From Candidatus Eiseniibacteriota bacterium (GTDB lineage Bacteria > Eisenbacteria > RBG-16-71-46), in the NCBI GenBank assembly GCA_044223005.1, contig JBGAML010000008.1:79962-143961 (forward strand): DNA of 64,000 nucleotides. Direction: 5' to 3'. A program made the position numbers and the translations under genes. The notes under the pieces are model-generated. The model saw only the letters and a list, made by a program, of their open reading frames with translations. It ran no database searches and was not told the origin of the DNA. Every line of letters begins with the position of its first letter. Position 1 is the stretch's first letter. This document shows, in pieces, positions 57,083-64,000 of this stretch.

Positions 57083-60000
57083 ATGACGCCTCGACTCACC
57101 ACCGCCGTTCGCCATCTCGCGTTCGCGACCCTTCTGCTCGCGGCGGCGTCCGTGCGTGAGGGCCCCGCCTCCGTGGTCGACCAGGCCATCATCTGGCTGC
57201 CCACGGGTATCGCCATCGCGGGCGTCTGGATCCTCGGACTGCGAGCGGCTGCTTCGGTCGCGATCGTCACGCTGATCCAGCGCTGGATGCTCGGGTACGA
57301 CATGGGCGTCGCCGTGCCGGCGGCGATCGGCAGCACGGCCGAGGCACTCGCCGGAGTTCTCGTGCTCCGGCAACTGGATTTCCGCGCCGAGCTCTCGCGC
57401 CTGCGGGATGTGTTCGCGCTGATGGCCGCGGCGGCGGTCGCGCCGCTCGCCAGCATCTTCTTCTCCTGGATCGGGCGCTCGTTCTTCTGGAGCAACCCGA
57501 CCATGCCGTTCTACTCGGGCTGGGACGGCTGGTGGCGGATGAACGCGCTCGGCGCACTCACGATCGTGCCGCTGGCCGTGTCGTGGTTGCGGACGACGCG
57601 GCGCGAGATCACGGCGCGGTCGGTCGGCACCACCGCGCTGGCCCTCGTCGGCGTGCCCGCGGTCACGATCGCAGTCATGTGGCTGGCCCCCGCCGACACG
57701 ACCGGCGTTCTCGGTGTCAACCTCGTGCTCGCGCTGGTCGTGCTGTTCGCCGCGGTACGATTCGGCGTCCGCGGCGCCACGCTCGCCTCCGCACTCGCGG
57801 TGCTCACCGTGGCGCTCACGACGACGCACGGCCTCGGCCCGTTCCTCGCGGTGCCGCGGCCGGTACGCCACGTGGCGATCCAGCTGTTCGAGTTCACGGC
57901 GGTCGCGCTGCCCCCCGCGTTCGGCGCGCTGATCGCCGAGCGGCGCGCGGCGCTCGAGCGCGGGGTCCGCAGCGACGTGCTGCGGCTCTCGATCCAGTCG
58001 GCGCTTCCCGACGTGGTCTACCGCGTGGCCCTCGACGGCACCTGTCTCGACGTGAGCGTGCCCGCGGCGCTGAGCCGGTCGTTTCGCCGCGAGGAGCTCG
58101 TCGGCCGCCCGATGACGGCGTTGTTCCCGCCGGGGCAGGGCGATTCGTTCCTGCGCGCGATCCGCGACGCGCTGGCCGTGGGCACGCCGGCCACGATCGA
58201 ATACGAGACGAAGGTCGACGGGCAGCGGCGCGTGCACGAGGCGCGCTGCGTGCCGCACGGCGACGACGAGATCCTCGCGGTCGTGCGCGACATCACGCAG
58301 CGCAAGTGGTCCGAGGGCATGATGGCCTTCGAGGCACGCATTCTCGCCGACGTCGCGACCGGCCGGCCGAGCGCCGAGGTGTGCCGCGAGATCGTGGCGG
58401 GCATCGAGCGGCTGGTTCCCGACGGCCTGTGTTCGATCCTCGTGCTGAACGGCGACCGGCTGCACGTGGGCAGCGCCCCGTCGCTGCCGGCGGCCTACAA
58501 CGAGGCGGTCGAGGGTTTCGAGATCGGAGCGGGCCGGGCGTCCTGCGGCACCGCCGCGGCGACGGGGCAGCTCGTGGTGGTGGAAGACATCGCCCACGAC
58601 CCCCTCTGGACCGACTGGCGCGACCTGGCGCTGGTGCACGGCCTGCGCGCGTGCTGGTCGCTCCCGGTCCGCGACGCGGTGGGCGCGGTGATCGGGACGT
58701 TCGCCGTCTACTACCGCGAGGCGCGCGCGCCCGGGGCGCACGAGCTCGCGCTCGCCGAGCGCGCGGCTGCGCTCGCGGGCATCGCCCTCGACCGCGAGCG
58801 GAGAAGTGAAGCGCTCCGCCGCAGCGAGGAACTGCTCGCGTCGATCAACTCCAACGTGCAGGAAGGCCTCTTCCGCGCGACGGCGTCGCTCGAGGTGCGC
58901 TACGCCAACGACGCGCTCGCGCGAATGTTCGGTCACGGCTCGCCCGAGGCCTTCGTCGGTGCGGATCTCGTCGCCACCGTCGAGGATCGCGAGCGCGTCG
59001 CCGAGCTGCTGGGGCGGCTGGAACGCGACGGGCGCTGGGTCAACGAGGAGGTGCGCTTCCTCCGCGCGGACGGGACCGCGTTCTGGGGGCTCGTCTCGGC
59101 CACGCTCGTCCGCGAAACGGGTGGCCAGCCGCCGCACGTGGACGGCGCCATCGCCGACGTGACGGCGCGCAAGGAGCTCGAGGAGCAGTTCCGGCAGTCG
59201 CAGAAGATGGAGGCTGTCGGCAAGCTCGCCGGGGGCGTCGCGCACGACTTCAACAACCTGCTCACCGTCATCTTCGGGTACGCGGACGCGATCCGCGGTG
59301 ACTCCGCCGAAGGCGATCCCGTTCACGAGCACGCCGAACAGGTCCTCGAGGCGGCCCGGCGAGCCTCCGGACTCACGCGCCAGCTGCTCGCGTACAGCCG
59401 CCAGCAGGTGCTCTCGCCGCAGGTCCTGGAGCTGGCCGCCGTGGTCGGCCAGATGGGCGACATGCTCCAGCGCCTGATCGGCGAGGACGTGAGGCTGCTG
59501 ATCGAGCCTCCCCGCGAACGCTGCTGGGTGCGCGTGGACCGCAGCCAGATCGAGCAGGTGCTCCTGAACCTCGTCGTCAACGCCCGCGATGCGATGCGTA
59601 CCGGTGGCACGCTCACGATCGCGACGGTCCACGCGGATCGCGGATCCGACCGCGTCGCCCCGGGCGAAGCGGCGAGCGCGGAGCCGTCGGTGCTGCTGCG
59701 CGTGAGCGACACGGGCGTCGGCATGACACCCGAGGTGCAGGCGCGCGCCTTCGATCCGTTCTTCACCACCAAGGGACTCGGCGAGGGCACCGGCCTCGGG
59801 CTCTCGACCGTGTACGGCATCGTCAAGCAGAGCGGGGGATCGGTCTGGCTGGAGAGCGCGCCCGGCGCGGGGACGACGGTCTGGATCCGCCTGCCGCGCT
59901 GGGCGGCCCCCGACGAGAGCGCCGCGACCCCTGCGCCGGTGGCGGCGATCTCCGGCGCGGCGACCGTGCTGCTGGCCGAAGACGATCCCGGCGTGCGCGA

Positions 60001-60337
60001 GCTCGTGTCGCACACGCTCGAGCACGCGGGCTACCGCGTGCTCGCGGCCGGGGACGGCGCCGAGGCCCTCGCGGCGGCCGGCGCGCATCCGGGATCGATC
60101 GACGTGGTCGTGAGCGACGTCGTGATGCCGCACCTTGGCGGCCGCGAGCTCGCGGCCCGGCTCCTCGATGCGCGGCCGCAGGTGCGGGTGCTCTTCATTT
60201 CCGGCTACGCGGACGACGCGCGCGAGCGCGAGGCGTTGTGCGGGCCGAACAGCCGCTTCCTCGCGAAGCCGTTCGCTCCCGAGGCACTGGTCGAGCGGGT
60301 CCGCGACCTGCTGCGCCCGGAGGGTTCGGCGGCCTGA
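57083..60337 (+). CDS. Hybrid sensor kinase MASE1-PAS-GAF-PAS-HisKA-HATPase-REC (CckA-like core)
   Basis: IWLPTGIA plus multi-TM (MASE1), SCGTAA/ACWSLP (GAF), SQKMEAVGKLAGGVAHDFNNLL, FFTTK..GEGTGLGL, DVVMP. Confidence 0.92.
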   Translation: MTPRLTTAVRHLAFATLLLAAASVREGPASVVDQAIIWLPTGIAIAGVWILGLRAAASVAIVTLIQRWMLGYDMGVAVPAAIGSTAEALAGVLVLRQLDFRAELSRLRDVFALMAAAAVAPLASIFFSWIGRSFFWSNPTMPFYSGWDGWWRMNALGALTIVPLAVSWLRTTRREITARSVGTTALALVGVPAVTIAVMWLAPADTTGVLGVNLVLALVVLFAAVRFGVRGATLASALAVLTVALTTTHGLGPFLAVPRPVRHVAIQLFEFTAVALPPAFGALIAERRAALERGVRSDVLRLSIQSALPDVVYRVALDGTCLDVSVPAALSRSFRREELVGRPMTALFPPGQGDSFLRAIRDALAVGTPATIEYETKVDGQRRVHEARCVPHGDDEILAVVRDITQRKWSEGMMAFEARILADVATGRPSAEVCREIVAGIERLVPDGLCSILVLNGDRLHVGSAPSLPAAYNEAVEGFEIGAGRASCGTAAATGQLVVVEDIAHDPLWTDWRDLALVHGLRACWSLPVRDAVGAVIGTFAVYYREARAPGAHELALAERAAALAGIALDRERRSEALRRSEELLASINSNVQEGLFRATASLEVRYANDALARMFGHGSPEAFVGADLVATVEDRERVAELLGRLERDGRWVNEEVRFLRADGTAFWGLVSATLVRETGGQPPHVDGAIADVTARKELEEQFRQSQKMEAVGKLAGGVAHDFNNLLTVIFGYADAIRGDSAEGDPVHEHAEQVLEAARRASGLTRQLLAYSRQQVLSPQVLELAAVVGQMGDMLQRLIGEDVRLLIEPPRERCWVRVDRSQIEQVLLNLVVNARDAMRTGGTLTIATVHADRGSDRVAPGEAASAEPSVLLRVSDTGVGMTPEVQARAFDPFFTTKGLGEGTGLGLSTVYGIVKQSGGSVWLESAPGAGTTVWIRLPRWAAPDESAATPAPVAAISGAATVLLAEDDPGVRELVSHTLEHAGYRVLAAGDGAEALAAAGAHPGSIDVVVSDVVMPHLGGRELAARLLDARPQVRVLFISGYADDAREREALCGPNSRFLAKPFAPEALVERVRDLLRPEGSAA

Positions 60338-60456
60338 GCGCCCGGGGGCGGGACTGCGCCTTGCGGCCCGGTGCGCCCCTCGGAGGCGTGATCTAGACTG
60401 CCGCTCGTCGCCTCGACGCGCGCCGACGCGCGTCGCATTCCGTCTCGGGGCCGCTC

Positions 60457-60888
60457 GTGAACGCATTCTCCGCGGATCGTCGACGCATGCTCCTGGCCGC
60501 ACTGGGCCTCGCGCCCGCGGCCGCGACGCTGGCCTCGGCCGGTTGCGCGGCACCCGCCCCGCAGGAGGCGCCCGCCGAGGGGCTGCGCGTGCCGCTCGCG
60601 AGCCTTCCCGCCGGCGTGCACGTGCGCATGACCATGGGCGACCGGCCGGTGGACCTGCTGCGCACCGACGCGGGCGTGATCGCGCGCTCGCTCTGGTGCA
60701 CGCACATGGGCTGCGAGGTGACGTGGGACGAGAGCGCGTCGCGCTATCGCTGCCCCTGCCACGGCGGCGAGTTCGACGCGCAGGGCGAGCCCGCCGGCGG
60801 ACCGCCGAAGACGGCGCTGCGGCGGCTGGTGACGCGCGTCGCCGGCGACGCCGTGGAGGTGCTGCCGCCCGCGGGGAGCACGTCATGA
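60457..60888 (+). CDS. Rieske [2Fe-2S] protein with Tat-like signal
   Basis: CTHMGC and CPCHGG ligand boxes, DRRRML plus hydrophobic segment ending SAGC. Confidence 0.9.
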   Translation: MNAFSADRRRMLLAALGLAPAAATLASAGCAAPAPQEAPAEGLRVPLASLPAGVHVRMTMGDRPVDLLRTDAGVIARSLWCTHMGCEVTWDESASRYRCPCHGGEFDAQGEPAGGPPKTALRRLVTRVAGDAVEVLPPAGSTS

Positions 60889-62459
60889 GCGCGGCGCGCG
60901 GGCCCGGCGACCGGCCGGTGCTGCTCGTCACCGGTGCGTCCGGGTTCATGGGCCGGCACCTGCTCGAGGCGCTGAAGGACGAGTACCGCATCATCGGCAT
61001 CGCCCGCCGGTCGCAGGCGCGCAGCGGCGCGCCGGTGCACCCGAACATCCGCTGGTACCAGGCCGACATCGGCGACCGGCGCATGCTCGCGCACGTGTTC
61101 GAGGACATCGCCGCGCAGGGCGGCGCGGGTGTCTGCATCCACCTCGCGGCGCACTACGACTTCACCGGCGACGACCATCCCGAGTACGAGCGCACCAATA
61201 TCGAAGGCACGCGGAACGTGCTCGAGGCGTGCCGCGAGCTGGGCACGATCCGGCACTTCGTGTTCTCGAGCTCGGTTGCGGCGTGCCGGTTCCCGCCGCG
61301 GGGCAAGGCGCTGGACGAGACGAGTCCGCCGGACGGCGAGCACATCTACGCGCGGACCAAGCGCGAGGGCGAGCGCATGCTCGGCGAGTACGCGCACGCG
61401 TTCCATTCGGTGATCGTGCGCTTCGCCGCCGCGTTCTCGGACTGGTGCGAGTATCCGCCCTTCTTCATGTTCATCCAGACGTGGCTCGGCTCGGCGTGGA
61501 ACCGCCGCATGCTCGGCGGCCGCGGCGAGTCGGCGATTCCGTACGTGCACGTGCACGAGATCCCGCCGTTCTTCCGCGCGCTGCTCCATCGCATCCACGA
61601 ACTGCCGCAGGGGCAGGTGCTGATCGCGGGCGCGGACCGCGCCGTGAACCACGACGAGCTCTTCGCGTCGGTGATCGAGCACTTCCACGGCCGCAGGGAC
61701 CGGCCGATCCACATGCCGAAGGCGCTGTGCGGCCCTGGTATGCAGGTCATGGACCTCGTCGGGCGCCTGCTGGGCGAGCGCCCGTTCGAGCGGCCGTGGA
61801 TGGCGACCTACATCGACGAGGTGCTGGCGATCGATTCCACCGTGACGCGGCGGCTCCTGCACTGGGGCACGCGCCCGCGTCTCGAGATCCTGCGGCGCAT
61901 GCCGTTCCTGATGGAGAACCTCAAGGTGGATCCGCTCGAGTGGCAGCGCCGCAACCGCGCCGCCATGAAGCATGTGCGCGTGCGCAGCAACCTGCGCATC
62001 CACCAGCTGCTCGAGGCGCACGAGCAGGAGATCGCGGACACCTACCACGCCCGGCTGCACGCGCCCGAGAACGCGGCGCGGTTCCCCAACTACCAGCGCA
62101 TCTCCGACGAGCAGAGCGCGTGGAACCACCGCATGGTGCTGCTCAACCTCATGAACGCGGTGCGCACGCGCGAGCGCGCGGTGTTCATGGGCTACTGCCG
62201 CGACATCGCCGAGGCGCGCTTCGCGCAGGGATTCAGCGCCGACGAGGTCTGCACGGCGCTCGAAGTGCTGAACGACATCTGCACCCGCACGATCCTCGAG
62301 GACCCGGAGTCGGACGGGCTGCAGGACCGGATCTTCGAGCACCTCACCATGACCATGCGCATCGGCGAGGACCAGGTCCAGGAGGTGTTCGAAGACCTCG
62401 AGGCAGCCGGGGTGCGGCGCCGGGAAGACGAGGCGGCGGGCTCGGCGCGCGCGGAGTGA
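60885..62459 (+). CDS. Extended SDR (NAD-dependent epimerase/dehydratase) with extra C-terminal helical domain
   Basis: LVTGASGFMG, HLAA, TNIEGTRNVLEAC, FSSS, YARTK (YxxxK), ~150-aa extension. ATGA overlap with the Rieske gene. Confidence 0.88.
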   Translation: MSAARGPGDRPVLLVTGASGFMGRHLLEALKDEYRIIGIARRSQARSGAPVHPNIRWYQADIGDRRMLAHVFEDIAAQGGAGVCIHLAAHYDFTGDDHPEYERTNIEGTRNVLEACRELGTIRHFVFSSSVAACRFPPRGKALDETSPPDGEHIYARTKREGERMLGEYAHAFHSVIVRFAAAFSDWCEYPPFFMFIQTWLGSAWNRRMLGGRGESAIPYVHVHEIPPFFRALLHRIHELPQGQVLIAGADRAVNHDELFASVIEHFHGRRDRPIHMPKALCGPGMQVMDLVGRLLGERPFERPWMATYIDEVLAIDSTVTRRLLHWGTRPRLEILRRMPFLMENLKVDPLEWQRRNRAAMKHVRVRSNLRIHQLLEAHEQEIADTYHARLHAPENAARFPNYQRISDEQSAWNHRMVLLNLMNAVRTRERAVFMGYCRDIAEARFAQGFSADEVCTALEVLNDICTRTILEDPESDGLQDRIFEHLTMTMRIGEDQVQEVFEDLEAAGVRRREDEAAGSARAE

Positions 62460-62460
62460 G

Positions 62461-62859
62461 TCAGCGCGCGCGTGCCAGCCGGTGCATCCACGCCACGGCC
62501 AGCGCCATCACGGCGTCGCCCGCGAGCGACACCGGCACGATCCACGGCAGCGGCCCGAGCAGCATCTGCACCGCGAGGAAGGCGACCGCGATCGACTTGG
62601 CGGTGACGAGGATCGTCACGCCTCGGTAGCGCTCCCATTCGATCGCGTAGGCGATCGCGACGACGACGTGGAACACGCCGACCTGCCGCGGAAAGAAGAG
62701 CGGCGTGGCCGCCCCGAAGCCCGAGAACCGCACGCCCCACTCGGGCGCGATCACCGCGGCGAGGCCGAGCACGGCACTGTGCAGCACGACCAGCGCGACG
62801 AGCAGCGATTCGGCCGCGCGCCAGCGGCGCTCGGTCCGCGCGGAGCGCGCCGCGGTCAC
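62461..62859 (-). CDS. Small 4-TM membrane protein at the end of the hydrogenase operon
   Basis: GTGA overlap with the protease stop, four hydrophobic segments, His in TM1 and TM2. Confidence 0.75.
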   Translation of the reverse strand: MTAARSARTERRWRAAESLLVALVVLHSAVLGLAAVIAPEWGVRFSGFGAATPLFFPRQVGVFHVVVAIAYAIEWERYRGVTILVTAKSIAVAFLAVQMLLGPLPWIVPVSLAGDAVMALAVAWMHRLARAR

Positions 62860-63422
62860 GGCTCGCGCTCCCACCACAGGTCGGGCTCCGCCGGCACCGT
62901 CCGCTCGATGGCCGCCAGTCCGGCGGCCGACAGCTCCGCGAGCACCGCGTCGACGACCTGCGGCACCGCCGCGAGCACGGGCTCTCGCAGCCCGGTGCGC
63001 ATCTCGGTGTCCACGGGCACCACGCCCACCAGCAGCACCTCGCGCGGCGCCTGCCCGGCGAACTCCAGCGTGAGCAGCGTCTCCTTGAGGCCGGGATCGT
63101 GCGGGCTCACGCGCTGCGGCGGCGGTTTCCGCAGGATCTCGTCCTTGCGGTAGCGCTTCACCGTGCCGGGAGGGGACGTCGAGGTCACGCTGTCGACGAT
63201 CACCAGGTGCTCGATGCCCGCGACGTGCGGCGTGAGGTCGAGCCCGGGCGTGCCGAGGTCCTGCACGACCACGCCCGGCGGAAACTCCCAGCGGGCCTGC
63301 AGCAGGCGGATCACGTAGGGCCCGAGCGCGTCGTCGCCCATGAGCACGTTGCCGAGCCCCAGGATGGCGATGCGGGGCGCCGGCTGCTGCCCCGGCGCCC
63401 CGCTCGCATGTTCCCGCGTCAC
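62856..63422 (-). CDS. Hydrogenase maturation endopeptidase (HyaD/HybD family)
   Basis: ILGLGNVLMGDDALG, DLGT, VIVD, SPHDPGL. Confidence 0.93.
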   Translation of the reverse strand: MTREHASGAPGQQPAPRIAILGLGNVLMGDDALGPYVIRLLQARWEFPPGVVVQDLGTPGLDLTPHVAGIEHLVIVDSVTSTSPPGTVKRYRKDEILRKPPPQRVSPHDPGLKETLLTLEFAGQAPREVLLVGVVPVDTEMRTGLREPVLAAVPQVVDAVLAELSAAGLAAIERTVPAEPDLWWEREP

Positions 63423-63423
63423 G

Positions 63424-63999
63424 TCAGCAGCCGCCTTCCCGCGTCCGCACCGTGGCGATGGGGTTGCCCTCGACGTCCGTCGTGTGGATCGCGCACGCGA
63501 GGCACGGATCGAACGAGTGCACGGTGCGCAGCACCTCGAGCGGACGCTGCGGATCGGCGACCGGGTTGCCCATCAGCGAGGCTTCGTACGGCCCCGGGCG
63601 TCCCTGTTCGTCGCGCGGTCCCGCGTTCCAGGTCGTGGGTACGACCGCCTGGTAGTTGGCGATCTTGCCGCCCTTGATCACGGTCCAGTGCGACAGCGTG
63701 CCGCGCGGCGCCTCGTGGAACCCGAAGCCACGGATCTCGCCCGTGGGGAACTTGGGCTCGTTGAACGTCGCCACGTCGCCCTTGCCGATGTTCTCGACGA
63801 GGTGGTTCCAGTGCTTGTCCGCCATCTCGCACAGCATCGCGGTGCGGATCGCGCGGGCGAGATGCCGCCCGAGCGTCGAGTGCAGCACGGCGGGCGTCAG
63901 CTTCGTCTTCGCGACGGCACCGGCGGTGTCGAGCGCCTTGTTCGCCCAGCGCGTCGTGGGTTCGTGCCCCGTCGCGACGCCCACCAGCACCTGCGCGAG
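63424..63999 (-). CDS. Group 1 [NiFe]-hydrogenase large subunit, 3' part (truncated by window edge)
   Basis: EAPRGTLSHW, NYQAVVPTTWN, GPYEASL, HSFDPCLACAIH followed by a cleavable C-terminal extension. Confidence 0.95.
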   Translation of the reverse strand, partial: LAQVLVGVATGHEPTTRWANKALDTAGAVAKTKLTPAVLHSTLGRHLARAIRTAMLCEMADKHWNHLVENIGKGDVATFNEPKFPTGEIRGFGFHEAPRGTLSHWTVIKGGKIANYQAVVPTTWNAGPRDEQGRPGPYEASLMGNPVADPQRPLEVLRTVHSFDPCLACAIHTTDVEGNPIATVRTREGGC

Positions 64000-64000
64000 C

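Noticed and set aside
63424..63520. Selenocysteine-containing [NiFeSe] hydrogenase
   Set aside because: The motif is DPCLAC with ordinary Cys codons and no in-frame TGA.

Overview
This 64-kb window is very GC-rich bacterial DNA (visibly about 70% or more) with about 46 credible protein-coding genes. I recognised no rRNA, tRNA, CRISPR array or transposase. It is an accessory region dominated by exported proteins and signalling. Signalling genes: two DesK/DesR-like two-component pairs, an NtrC-type pair beside a MacAB-like ABC exporter, two Ser/Thr kinase-TPR proteins (one coupled to an ECF sigma factor), a MASE1 hybrid kinase and an FNR-like regulator. Nine ORFs end in a T9SS-type-A/FlgD-Ig-like C-terminal domain, which suggests an FCB-related lineage such as Ca. 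Eisenbacteria or Krumholzibacteria (inference only). Enzymes include three serine beta-lactamase-fold hydrolases (one AmpC-like), a GH144-like glucanase, an arylsulfotransferase, an exported rhodanese, and the 3' end of a group 1 [NiFe]-hydrogenase operon. The most notable items are: (1) a ~1470-aa secreted fusion of a PQQ-type sugar dehydrogenase, PKD domain, pentaheme cytochrome c and sorting domain; (2) a lipoprotein cholesterol-dependent-cytolysin-like (CDCL) gene directly downstream of an FNR-like regulator, with a palindromic operator between them; (3) two paralogous uncharacterised lipoproteins with an Sm-like pattern and a C-terminal TM helix containing Asp; (4) a shared paired RTGHC-N4-GDCAY operator architecture at both DesKR-like loci. 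All family calls come from motif recognition by eye, with no database searches, and several start codons were re-chosen relative to the ORF track.
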